DNA of 64,000 nucleotides from Octopus sinensis (GCF_006345805.1 NC_042997.1:172298001-172362000); one strand, 5' to 3'; positions 12,402-24,780 are shown, counted from the first letter of the stretch. Translations and numbers: made by a program. Notes: generated by a model not told the origin, from the letters alone.

Positions 12402-12965
12402 TGTCCTTTTTTATCACCTCTCCTTAATTCTTCTGCCCCTCTGCTTCTACTTCTCTCTCTTCTCTTCCCACGTAACCGCACGGTCAGCCTAGCCTGTTCT
12501 TTCTTTCTTGGTCTGACTGCCGTCTGTGCAACATTGATATTCTTCCCTGTGTTTGTAAAATTTTTGTATCTCTACCGTAAGGCTTCATTTCCACACGCAC
12601 CAGCTTAATTCAATTCATCCTTAGTCGAAAAACATGTGTTGTTATGTCCTCTTATTATTTTTATTGTATTTATTATTGTATCTATATTTGTGTAACTGTC
12701 CGTTTTTTTCCGTTCTTGTTTTTGTATACATTTGTTGATTTCTTCCAAGGAATCTAATGCTCTTAGCTTAGTTTTTCCTTGGGGCTGGCCAGATTGGAGC
12801 AATCTGAAGAATAATCAGCTGAAATTGCGAGGATAATCTGGTGCTTGACTGAGGATAGAGGGCTTCGAATGACCCGTCCTTGATTTCTTTGTATTGGCGC
12901 TCTGGATGTTTTGTTGTCCCTTTTTGTATCACCTAGCTGTCCAGGTGTTTTGCATTTTGTATTTT
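12402..12965 (+). mobile_element. (TA)n-flanked non-coding element carrying a structured RNA core
   Basis: Bounded by (TA)n; pyrimidine-rich 5' part; core 12741-12878 is shared with 27050-27192(-). Confidence 0.65.
12741..12878 (+). ncRNA. Putative structured RNA (hairpin, kink-turn hairpin, pseudoknot), family unassigned
   Basis: Compensatory changes relative to the copy at 27050-27192 in three helices; K-turn consensus (3-nt bulge + GA opposite GGA). Confidence 0.65.
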
Positions 12966-13009
<44 letters not shown>

Positions 13010-13123
13010 CAATTAAGATTCAAGTGAGTTCTATTGAATTCACATGAATATGGTACTTAACTTGGATGCACCAGAAATCTATATGGTGTTAACCATACGA
13101 CAAAGTGGGGTGATTACAAATAG

Positions 13124-13162
<39 letters not shown>

Positions 13163-13863
13163 TCATCATCATCATCATCATCATCGTTTAACGTCCGTTT
13201 TCCGCATTGACATCTGACATGTGACACCTGTACAGGTAATGTCAACTTGATGGAGGGAGTGAGCTTATGTCTACACAAACATTTGATCACTATAAACAAA
13301 TCATCTGTGTAAGAAATTGTCAAACCTTCATACATCTAACAACAGGAGAGTCCATTATATATATATATATATACATATACATACACATGCACACACACAC
13401 ACACATACATACACACATGTATACACACACTATTAATCACTAAAGAATGAAGTACAAATGGAACTTATATATAACTCTCTCAAGCAGGATTAAGTAGGGT
13501 TATGTGTCCTTCTCAGAAGCACAACACTGTAGCTGTAGAAAGTTTTAAACTTGTAGCCATATAAATCACCAGTCCAGCACTTAAAAACTAATAGGATTGT
13601 ATGTATTTTATGCCTGTTCACAATATATCAATCGTAATGTATAACTACCCAGTTATTGATAATCTGTCATATGTCACTTGTTGTGCATCAAGAAGTGAAA
13701 TCATTAAGCTGTAATATATGTCTTTTTTCTTGTATGTAAGTGTGCATGTATTTATCTGTATATATGTATACATAAATATATGCACATATATATATATATA
13801 TATATATACATACATACACACACACACACACATATATATATGTATGTGTATAAGATAATATAT

Positions 13864-14480
13864 ACAAGGTTTGATCAATAAGTATCTGGACTGTTGCCAT
13901 AGTAACGAAGCTAAAGCATGCGGAATGAAGCCACTTGGAACAGATTACCCTTGGACTCTACTGTGCATGTGCACTAAGTTTTAACATTCTAGCTCACTTC
14001 TGCTGTTTACAGCAGTGCTTGGAAGGAAGGTGTGTAGTGTGTGATTGTTGCATTGACCATGACAGAGATAGCTGTCATGGCAATACCTGCACAGAGGCCT
14101 ATGCAAAGCTGCAGAAAGTGTATGGAGAGGAGTGTACAAGTGGTTCAGATATTTCAAAGACGGCCGAAAATATGTCAATAGTGACAAATATTCTGGGAGA
14201 CCTGCAACCAGCAGAACTTAGAAAACATTGCAGATGTTCATGCAGCTGTGTGGGGAAATCATTGAATTACCATCCATGTGTTATCAGAGGATGTGCAGAT
14301 TAGTTAGGGTTCAATTCAGTCCATTATCACTAAAGATTCGAGTATAAGACACGTGTCTGCCAAGTTTGTGCCAAAACTGCTTTCAGCTGGCCAACAAGAT
14401 GCTTGGGTTTCTGTTGTACAAGATCTCCTTGATTGTGTCAAGAACAATGAAAACTTTTCGAAGACTTTGCATAGGCCTCT
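13864..14480 (+). mobile_element. Decayed mariner transposon, 5' part
   Basis: TA + CAAGGTTTGATCAATAAGTATCTGGACT terminus; fragments GNTCTEAYAKLQKVYGEEC (HTH region) and VSAKFVPKLL (WVPHEL-type linker). Confidence 0.8.
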
Positions 14481-14491
14481 GAATAGGTATT

Positions 14492-14848
14492 GCCAAGCTT
14501 TAGTCGAGCAGATCGTCCCCAGAACTTATTCTTTGGAAGCCTAGTACATATTCTATCAGTCTCTTTTGCCAAACTGCTACGTTAAAGGGATGTAAACACA
14601 CCAGCATCAGTTGTCAAGCGATATTGGGGGGACAAACGCAGACACACAAACACACACACACATATATATACATATACATATATACAATGGGCTTCTTTCA
14701 GTTTCCATCTACCAAATCCACTTACAAGGCTTTGGTTGGCCCAAAGTTATAGTAGAAGGCACTTGCCTAAGGTGCCACGCAGTGGGACTGAACCCAGAAC
14801 TATGTGATTGGTAAGCAAGCTACTTACTACATAGCCACTCCTGCGCCT
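14492..14848 (-). mobile_element. tRNA-derived SINE, family C
   Basis: Reverse complement of the family copy at 18986-19398. Confidence 0.85.
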
Positions 14849-15131
14849 ATAAGGGAATTTGCTATTGATGATGATGATGATAATGATTATGTGTGTGTGT
14901 CTGTGTGTGGAGAGACAGACAGACAGACAGAGACAGGGGAAGGAGAGTGGAGAGAGAGAGAGAAAGACAGAGGGAGGCAGTTGTTGTTGAGTGATAAGAA
15001 GTTAGCTTCTCAATCACTTGATTCCAGACAAAGCCCTACTATGTCTTCTGTTATAGCCTTGGGCCAACTAAAGCCTTGTGAGTGGATTTGGTAGAGGGAA
15101 ACTGAAAGAAACCCATTGTACCTATCTATCT

Positions 15132-15166
<35 letters not shown>

Positions 15167-15210
15167 TAGATAGATAGATAGATAGATAGATATAGATAGA
15201 TAGATAGATC

Positions 15211-15252
<42 letters not shown>

Positions 15253-15253
15253 C

Positions 15254-15315
<62 letters not shown>

Positions 15316-16559
15316 ATTTTCTTTAACACTTCTACTCTCTCTCCACAACACCATCTCTGTATCTCTCTCCTTTCTTTCCCACTAAATCACTTCTCCCTTA
15401 ACCTCTCCCTTTCTTCTCTTTCATGTTTTGTAAACACAAAACACTAACTAAACAGCAGAATAACCTAATATGATACTTGCATGCATTAATATTAATGGAA
15501 TATTCTGTGTAACACACAAGAAAGGAAACAAATACACTTTCTATTTTAACCTTGTTTCTTAAATATATTATGGAATTCCCAGTTTCTTTTAATTCATTTT
15601 ATTTTCTTCACAATAGCTTTTGAATTTTTTTTTCATATTCCTACTACTAAACTATATTGAAGCTGGTTATTTGGTTGTCTTGGAGAATAAAGGCAGTTCA
15701 AAGGCAGATATGTGTCTTATCCAGGGATAAGGTAAAGTATTCTAATGATATGAGAGAAAATTCATAGACTTTTGAAAAGCATGCTTTATTCCTTCAAAGG
15801 AATAAAATCCGGCCCTTTGGCTGGAGACATTTGAAGCCAGTAACGAAAGAGACTAAAGGAGAATTTGATGAGAAAATGTCAAAAGAGTTTTCTTGAGAGT
15901 GCTATTAGTTTTGAGATCAGAAACTGTGGTCTGAATAAGTGAATTGCTAAAATGCTTATTTTTATTTTATTGTTATTGCAGCATTCTCTGAAAATTTTAC
16001 ATCAGATAGCAAATTATATCCTTCTGGACATTTTTGAGGTTAAGGAATTATCTATCCTTCAGAAACCAAACATTCCAGTGCCATGCCAAAATATTACTTT
16101 CACATGTCAAATATTATTTCTCACATACGTAAGAACATAGATTCGGAATAAGTGAGGGTTGGGGTCAAAACAACGATTGCATTAGCATTCAGATCTCTGT
16201 CAAGTGAGTTATATCAGACTTATATGAGACATAGATTACATGAAGCACAGTTGGCTCGCTAGAAGATTGGTGATCATCAAAGTTTAGTAAGAGAAAAATT
16301 TACATGACTGTTTGATCTGCTCGTTGATTTCTATTGATTTTACACAGCAATTAGTGAACATTAGCATTGTTGGTTACAGATTTCAAATGGGCCAATAACT
16401 GGTTCATTGCATTTCTGGCAGTGACTGTGACAAGGGAATGTCTGGTTCTAGCAAACGACTTTGTTCAAAGAGCTCTGGTTTTGCACCAATGTTTACAGCT
16501 TTCGTTGGTATAAGTTAACAAAAGATATACTGTACATAGACATACAAGCAAACATCTGG

Positions 16560-16572
16560 AGATAGATAGATG

Positions 16573-16653
<81 letters not shown>

Positions 16654-16736
16654 GTAGGTAGATAGATAGACAGATAGATAGGCAGATAGATAGATAAACA
16701 TCTGTAGATAGATAGATGGATAGATAGATGGATAGA

Positions 16737-16773
<37 letters not shown>

Positions 16774-17041
16774 GACAGACAGACAGACGGAGGAACAGAC
16801 AGACGGAGGAACAGACAGACGGACGGATGGACGGACGGACGGATGGACGGACGGACGGACGGACAGACAGGCAGGAAGGCAGACAGACAGACAGATAGAC
16901 AGACAGACATACGGATGAACAGACAGACGAACGGACGGACAGGCTGGCAGGCAGACAGACAGACAGATTGATGGATGGATGGATGGATGAATAGATGGAT
17001 AGATAGATGGATAGCTAGATTGATAGATACATGGATAGATG

Positions 17042-17077
<36 letters not shown>

Positions 17078-17097
17078 CATACATACATACATACATA
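16560..17097. repeat. Compound tetranucleotide array TAGA/CAGA/CGGA/TGGA/TACA
   Basis: Direct reading. Confidence 0.95.
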
Positions 17098-17098
17098 A

Positions 17099-18918
17099 CT
17101 TTCTTTATTGGCCACACAGGGATGAACAAAGAGGGGACAAATACAATGTAGAGTTTTTCTTTTTAAGGGGGGCGAATACAAATAAAGTGAAAAAAACAAA
17201 CAAAATTAGGGACAACGATCAAAAGGAATAGAAATCGTTTGGGATATACACAAATAAAAGTTGAAATAATACAAAAAGTTCCAAAGAAATGGGGAAGTTT
17301 ATCCGTGGAAAGAAAAACCTACGAAAAGACCATGGTAACCTCAGGTAATAATGTCACATGTTAACACATTTATTTACAAGTAAGTAACGCTTTGCTTTAA
17401 ATTTTTTTCCCCGGTTTATAGAGTCATGCTCAAGGTGGCTTCGTCATTCATACGTGCCATCCTTGCTACATTCGCACATCTTTTTTTGAAACATTCGCTA
17501 GACAAAACTTGCCTCTCTACTCTCACTTTCCTTTTCAAGTGATACTTGAAAAAGTTAATAAGAGATTGACCAGAGAGGAAAGTGTTTGTCTCTAATCCTT
17601 TCAGACGTATCCACGAGATACATTTTTTTGCCATTGCTACAAGTACAATGAAAATAGCTCTTCCTTCCTGTTTGAAGGAAGGAGGCATGACAATATTGAA
17701 GATAGACTTGGCTGATGAACCAATTCGTCCCACATGTGACAGCAGTCGTTCAACATGAGCCCACAGGTCGGAAATGGTTGGACACTGCACGAGTGCATGC
17801 AGAACAGTTTTGTTACTCTGACCAAATCTCTGGTAGATCAGCTCCATGTTTCACGAGCCATGTCTGTAGAGCTTATCCTGAATGGGTAGCACTTCTTGGT
17901 AGCACTACCAAGTCAGGGATCTCTGAAAGTTGTCTATAGGTCCTGGTCCGAAAGTCATCTTGGACAGACGGGTCAGGTATTCCTCGTCAACACCCAGGTT
18001 TGACCTGAGATCGTCGTTGTACCTCCCCTCCACTAATCCCCTATAGAATGCTTTGGTTGTGATGCAGTTGCTCAAGGTTAACCCAGGACGGCAGAGTTGC
18101 TCGAGAGCAATGTGACACTCGCAGTGCTATTCGCCCTTCCTCGGCCTCTTCTTGATCCATGACTGCAGCTTGGTCATGGAGACGAGCTGCAGGAAAGCGT
18201 GTCGCACAAATGGCAACCACACCTGCTCACCATTGTCTACATAGAGCCAGAGATGTCGCAGTTTCAGCTCATGTCTACGCGTCATTAACCATGGCATGCT
18301 CAGCCCTCCTTTCAGCAGGTGTTGGCAGCAAACGGATTGCCTGACAATCAGAACGCTCCATTTCCACAAGAAGCAGAAGAGGATACATTCCAGTTTGGTG
18401 ATGGTAGTGTCGGGACACGGCATGACAGTCAGGTGGTAGTTGATGTCGGACATGATGTACGTGTTCGCCACCTCTACCCAACCTTTTAGGGACAGCTTCC
18501 TCTCAGCCCATTGCCAGGAGAGAGTGGCCACCTTACTCATTATCTCATCCCAGTTCTTCTCCATTTGAAGGTCTGGACCGAACCAGACCCTGAGCAATTT
18601 GACCAGCCCATCCGTCTAGTGTCCCACTACTGAGGTGCTGTTGGATGGTATGGGCTTGCTTCACCATGTGCCGAGCTGCAAGCCCACTGACTTTTCCGGT
18701 TGATTTTTGCTCCCGTGACTGCTTTATAGTCTTTCAGCATCTTGCTAACAAGCTTGCTGTGCTCGTGGCTAGACACTACGAGGGTGATATCGTCCACGTA
18801 TGCGGACATGCTCATCCCACACCTCAGTTCTCACGGGATGTTCCACAGTGTCGCCAGCTTCTGCAGTAGTTGCTTGAGAGTCAATACGTACAGAAGCAAC
18901 GAGAGGGGACATCCCTGA
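17099..18918 (-). mobile_element. L1/Tx1-clade LINE, 5'-truncated and decayed
   Basis: Minus-strand fragments QGCPLS, SAYVDDITLVV, WAERKLSLKG and the C-terminal TVLHALVQCP zinc knuckle; 3' UTR ends in AATAAAGAAA; tetranucleotide repeats on both sides. Confidence 0.85.
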
Positions 18919-18985
18919 CAGACAGATAGATAGATAGATACACTTGTATGTAGAGTGTCCTTTTCAGTAAATGTTTATATATATA

Positions 18986-19398
18986 GGTGCAGAAGTGGCT
19001 GTGTGGTAAGTAGCTTGCTTACCAACCACATGGTTCCAGGTTCATTCCCACTGCATGGCACCTTGGGCAAGTGTCTTCTACTATAACCATGGGCCGACCA
19101 AAGCCTTGTGAGTGGATTTGGTAGACAGAAACTGAAAGAAGCCCATCGTATATATGTATTTATATATATGTATATGTGTGTATATGCTTGTGTGTCTGTG
19201 TTTGTCACCCAACATTACTTGACAACTGATGCTAGTGTGTTTACGTCCCCATAATTTAGCGGTTTGGCAAAAGAGACTGATAGAATAAGTACTTGGCTTC
19301 CAAAGAATAAGTCCTGGGGTTGATTTGCTCGACTAAAGGTGGTGCTCCAGGATGGCCACAGTCAAATGACTGAAACAATTAAAAGAGAATAGAGAAAG
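18986..19398 (+). mobile_element. tRNA-derived SINE, family C (full length, internal (TA)/(TG) tract)
   Basis: Head GG(C/T)GCAG(G/A)AGTGGCTGTGTGGTAAG...GGTTCA(G/T)TCCC, CORE-like GGCACCTTGGGCAAGTG, tail GACTGAAACAA-AAAAGAG. Further full or partial copies at ~5618-6900, 14980-15120, 19686-19847, 28361-28520, 32543-33055, 33985-34145(-), 35645-36270(-), 40540-40735(-), 41520-41695(-), 44008-44368, 48235-48646(-) and 51538-51826. Confidence 0.9.
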
Positions 19399-19576
19399 AT
19401 ATATATATATATATATATATCAATGAAGGTGCTTACCAGACACCATCAGTCACAATTAGTGACAATTGAATTTTTCCTTGTGGGTTTTATATGGCATATA
19501 GCCACCTTCATTATTATGTGTGTGTGTGTTTGTGAACACACGCATGTATACACACACACACACACATATATATATA

Positions 19577-19615
<39 letters not shown>

Positions 19616-19644
19616 ATATATATATATATGCATATACATATATG

Positions 19645-19676
<32 letters not shown>

Positions 19677-19847
19677 TATATATATAGGCGCAGGAGTGGC
19701 TGTGTGGTAAGTAGCTTGCTAACCAACCACATGGTTCTGGGTTCAGTCCTACTGCGTGGCATCTTGGGCAAGTGTCTTCTGCTATAGCCCCGGGCCGACC
19801 AATGCCTTGTGAGTGGATTTTGTAGACGGAAACTGAAAGAAGCCTGT

Positions 19848-19965
19848 CATATATATGTATATATATATATATAGTATATATATATATATATGCATATATT
19901 ATATATGTATATATATATTATACATATATGTATATGCATATATATATATATGTATATATATATAT

Positions 19966-20014
<49 letters not shown>

Positions 20015-20078
20015 TATATACATATATGTATATATATATATATATGCATATATACATATATGCATATATACATATATG

Positions 20079-20139
<61 letters not shown>

Positions 20140-20226
20140 TATATACATATATGTATATATATATATATATATATGTGTATATATATATATATGCATATAT
20201 ACATATATGTATATATATATATGTGC

Positions 20227-20258
<32 letters not shown>

Positions 20259-20305
20259 GCATATATACATATATGTATATATATATTATATATATATATA
20301 TAATA

Positions 20306-20368
<63 letters not shown>

Positions 20369-20414
20369 GCATATGTACATATATGTATATATATATGTGT
20401 GTGTGTATATACAT

Positions 20415-20469
<55 letters not shown>

Positions 20470-20470
20470 T
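19848..20470. repeat. Long complex (TA)n array with recurring GCATATATACATATATG unit, then (TAGA)n
   Basis: Direct reading; begins at the internal microsatellite position of the SINE at 19686-19847. Confidence 0.95.
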
Positions 20471-21085
20471 ACATACATACATATACACATATATATTTAC
20501 ACATATATACACATATATAAATTGTCTAAAAATCTATATGTCAGAAAAAATAAGTACTCATGTATGAGGTAATATAGTGAGTGCATTATTATTAATAGTA
20601 ATAAAAGAGAGCATTATAGTCTTATAAAAGCCAAAATACCAACTGGCTTAATGCCAGAGGTTGAGAACCAACTCTGCCAATCATGAGAAATGGTTGAGAG
20701 GAATAGTATGACATATGCTCTTTGCTATAAGGGAGTGAAATTGTCTCGTCCAGTTTATGGTTTTAGGGCTGTTGTAAAAAAAATTAGAACAAAATTCATA
20801 AAAGAAATCACCTGGGTGAAATGCAAGAAAATATATTTAGTACATTTGAGTGATGTCCCTTGGATTGGGAGCCAAAAGGACCATCCCAGTTTATAAGATA
20901 TTTGTTTGTGAAGTGGAGTTTGGGCTGGTGTGTGTGTGGTTGTGTACATGTATGTGTGTGCATGAGCTTGTATATTTCAATGTTGGGCATGGCCAATCTT
21001 ATATTAATTCCTCAGACTAGAGTGAGAGGAACCACTGATATGGGAGATATGATATTTTTATTTATAGTGTGGTTAGCTATTTTGC

Positions 21086-23354
21086 GAAAAGAAAGAGGCT
21101 TGGAGAAGCCATTATGAAAGACTGCTGAATGTGGAGAATGAATGGGAGGAGAAGAGCCTGCCAAATGTTGACCCAGTAGAGGGACCAGCTATCCAAATAG
21201 ACAGCTCCCTTGTAGTTAAGGCAATTAAGGGTATGAAACCAGGTAAAGCTCCCGGCCCATCAGGTATCACTGCTGAGATGCTTAAAACAGCTGGTTATGT
21301 GGGCTATGGCCTAGTCACCCGTATTGTTAACCAGGTAGTTCATAATGGAGTCATACCCAATGACTAGCGTAGCAGCACCATAGTCAACTGCTACAAGGGC
21401 AAGGGTGATGCTCTAGATAGAAATAACTACAGGGGTATTAAACTGTTGGATCAGGTGATGAAGGTCACAGAGAGGGTCATAACCCATCTCATTAGGGAGA
21501 GAATTTGCTTAGATGAGATGCAATTCGGTTTTGTGCCGGGTAGAAGCACCACTGATGCTATATTCCTGGTCCGACAACTGCAGAAGTACCTAGCTAAAAA
21601 TAAACCCCTTCTACATAGCTTTTGTGGCCTTGGAGAAAGCCTTTGACAGGGTTCCCCGATCCCTTATCTGGTGGTCGATGCGGAAACTGGAGATTGACGA
21701 ATGGCTAATAAGGGCTGTACAGGCTCTATACAGAGAGGCTGTCAGCAAGGTTAGGATTGGCAACGAATATATTGAAGAATTCCGGGTAGAAGTAGGTGTA
21801 CACCAAGGCTCAGCCCTCAGTCCCCTTTTATTCATCATAGTCCTCCAGGAAATAACAGAGGAATTCAAAACAGGTTGCCCCTGGGAGCTCCTCTATGCTG
21901 ATGACCTGGCCCTCATAGCAGAATCACTACCGGAACTAAAAAAGAAATTTCGGGTGTGGAAACAAGGGTTAGAATCAAAGGGCCTTAGAGTAAATGTAGC
22001 GAAGACCAAAGTTATAGTAAGCAGAAAGGCGAACTCAGCACACACCCCATCGGGCAGGTGGCCCTGCTCGTGCTGTAGAAAAGGTGTAGGTAGAAATTCC
22101 ATAAGATGCACCCAGTGTAAGCTATGAACGCATAAGAGGTGCAGCAACATCAAAGGGAAATTAACTGATAAGATAGCTTTCATGTGCGGCAGAAAACAGA
22201 TTCCATCACACTCCAGGGGGAGAAACTAGAAGTAGTTGATAGTTTCTGCTACCTGGGTGACCAAGTTAGTAGTGGGGGTGGATGCTCAGAGTGTGTCACC
22301 ACTAGAATACGAATAGCCTGGGCAAAGTTTAGAAAACTCCTACCCCTACTGGCGACAAAGGGTCTCTCACTCAGAGTGAAAGGTAGATTGTATGATGCAT
22401 GTGTGTGAACTGCCATGCTTCATGGCAGTGAAACATGGGCCGTGACTGCAGAGGACATGCGTAGACTTGAAAGAAATGAAGCTAGCATGATCCGCTGGAT
22501 GTGTAATGTCAGTGTGAATGCGCGACAGAGTGTAAGTACCCTGAGAGAAATGCTAGGCATAAGAAGCATCAGATGCGGTGTGCAAGAGTGACGCTTGCGA
22601 TGGTATGGTCATGTACTGCGGATGGATGAGGAGAGATGTGTGAAGAAGTGCCACTCCCAAACAGTTGAAGGAATCAGGGGGAGAGGTAGACCCAGGAAGA
22701 CATGGGATGAGGTAGTCAAGCATGACCTCAGAGCATTGGGCCTCACTGAGGCAATGGCAAAGGACCGAGATCTCTAGAGATGTGCTGTGACACACCTTGG
22801 ATCCCGGAACATCTCGCTGTGCTTGAGGAGACCTGTTGAGTCAAGTGCATGTACATGAACATCGAAACAAATATCAATGGAAATAGTAGTAGTGATACCT
22901 GTGCCGGTGGCACGTAAAAAGCACCATCCGAACGTGGCCGTTGTCAGGGCCACCTCGACTGGCTTCTGTGCCGGTGGCACATAAAAAGCACCATCCGAAC
23001 GTGACCGATGCCAACCCCGCCTCGAATGGCTTCTGTGCTGGTGGCACATAAAAAGCACCATCTGAACGTGGCCGATGCCAGCCCCGCCTTGACTGGCTTC
23101 TGCACCAGTGGCACATAAAAAGCACCAACTGATTGTGGCCAATGCCAGACCCCTCTGGCACCTGTGCAAGTGGCACGTAAAAAGCACCCACTACACTTGC
23201 GGAGTAGTTGGCGTTAGGAAGGGCATCCAGCTGTAGGAACACTGCCAGATCAGACTGGAGCCTGGTGCAGCCCCTGGCTTCCCAGACCCCGGTCGAACCA
23301 TCCAACCCGTGCTAGCGTGGAAAACGGACATTAAACGATGATGATGATGATGAT
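21086..23354 (+). mobile_element. RTE-clade LINE, 5'-truncated, with RT, C-terminus, complete 3' UTR and (GAT)n tail
   Basis: QFGFVPGRSTTDAIF, EKAFDRVP, GVHQGSALSP, LYADDL, a Cys-rich insert (WPCSCCRKGVGRNSIRCTQC), FCYLG and GRGRPRKTW; a few stops and frameshifts. Confidence 0.95.
22899..23190 (+). repeat. ~67-bp minisatellite in the RTE 3' UTR (4 units plus a partial)
   Basis: Unit starts at 22901, 22968, 23035, 23102 and 23164; each begins GTGCC-GGT-GGCAC (or variant) + (G/A)TAAAAAGCACC. Confidence 0.9.
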
Positions 23355-23624
23355 ATCTGCATTCATAAGGACAGCAGCCAAAAACCTCACTTTTTCAATT
23401 TAGGTAACAAAAGGATTCTCTCTCTGAATGAAATATACACTGTACTTGTCTCCCTCTTACACTGGTTCCTTCCACATAATATAATGAAATTTTTATGTAT
23501 AGTGCTCAGGTGCACTACAACTCATCAAAGGTGCATGTATAGTCCATAGAATTATGTACAAAAGTCAGGAAAGTGAACAGTGTATGAGTCATGATATACA
23601 TGCGTGCAAGCATATGGAGGTGGA

Positions 23625-24050
23625 TATATCAGGCATAGTGTTGGCGAATTGTAGAAAGCATAGATGTTTTAAAGGATGTGATGTCCTGGCAGCTAACAAC
23701 TGATGCAGGTAGTTTGTTCCATGCTTCAGCAACTCTGGGTGTGAAAAAAATGTTTCCAAAAGTCATGGGAGCTGTGCTGTTTTCTAACTTTGTAGGCATG
23801 CCCATGTGTGTTATACACACGGAGCACAAAAAGGTGCTCAAGGTGGTTGTTGGCATGATGGTTAATAATTTTGTGGCTGTTTACCAAGTCAGTTGCCAAA
23901 CGTTGGAGCCTCAATGTATCTATGCTCAGGGAAGCAAGGTGTTCAGAGTATGATAAATGCCTGACGGAGAGTATTCACTTGGTTGCACGTCTCTGAACAG
24001 TTTCCAGGAGGGTGATGTCCTGAGCAAGATAAAGGTTCCACACTGGTGAG
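23625..24050 (-). mobile_element. CR1/L2-type LINE 3' relic
   Basis: Fragments RLQRLATDLVNSHKII...NTHGHAYKV and FFTPRVAEAWNKLPASVVS match the CR1 ORF2 C-terminus. Confidence 0.8.
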
Positions 24051-24594
24051 GTTTCATCACACCATGCCAGGAATTTATGGTAGTTCTTGATAAGTCCTTA
24101 ATTTCATGTTGTGCATGACATGACTCTCTTGGTATTTCTTCACCCATCTGACTAATGCATTATATGAATTGTGGTGATGCATGGTAGTGAAGCATAGGCA
24201 CTGAATGCTGGAAATGTGTGAAGATTTGAAAGAAACAAAGTGAACATGATCTACTGGGTGTGTAATGTTAATGTGTATGAATTACAAAGCAAAGATAAAC
24301 TGAGAGAAAAAATGAACAGAAGAAAATCAGTTGTGATGTACAAGAGAGACAGCTCTGCTAATACAATCATCTTACACATATGACAGATGATTGAAGAAAT
24401 GCCAAGACATTCTGTATGAAGGAACCAGTGGAAAAGAAGAAGACTGTGGAAGTTACGGGTAGAAATGGGGAAGTTCAATCTCAAGAAGCTGAACTTCACA
24501 CAGTTGATGGCAAATGAATGCAACAAGTGGTGGAGTGATATGCTGGAGAAGGTTTGTCTGATCCATGCAGGCATCGAAAAATGGACATAACATT

Positions 24595-24780
24595 GATGAC
24601 GATGGTGGTGGTGGTGGTGGTGGTGGTGGTGGTGGTGGCAGCAGTGGCAGTTGTGATGGTGGTGGCAGCAGCGGTGGTGGTGGTGGTGGTGGTGGTGGTG
24701 GTGGTGGTGGTGGTGATGGTGGTGACAATGAGGAGGAGGAGGAAGATGAGGAGGATGAGGAGGAAAGTGACAATGATAAT
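24595..24780. repeat. (GGT)n/(GAG)n trinucleotide tract
   Basis: Direct reading; a similar (GAT)/(GGT) tract lies at 54050-54490. Confidence 0.9.

Noticed and set aside
12849-12878. CTGAGGA...CGAAT read as a hammerhead core within the structured element
   Set aside because: No consistent stem II or GAAA in either copy; treated as part of the unassigned fold.
15982-16128. Possible plus-strand exon (pyrimidine tract + CAG ... GTAAGA)
   Set aside because: The 49-codon frame resembles no protein I recognise and no partner exons were found.
19847-20512. Many overlapping YIYI/LSIY/HTHT ORFs (also near 7054, 15126, 16465 and 26655)
   Set aside because: Translations of (TA)n, (TAGA)n and (CA)n microsatellites; no coding evidence.
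22899-23190. CRISPR-like appearance of palindromic repeats with linkers
   Set aside because: The linkers are homologous to each other, the array lies in a LINE 3' UTR, the context is eukaryotic and there are no cas genes.
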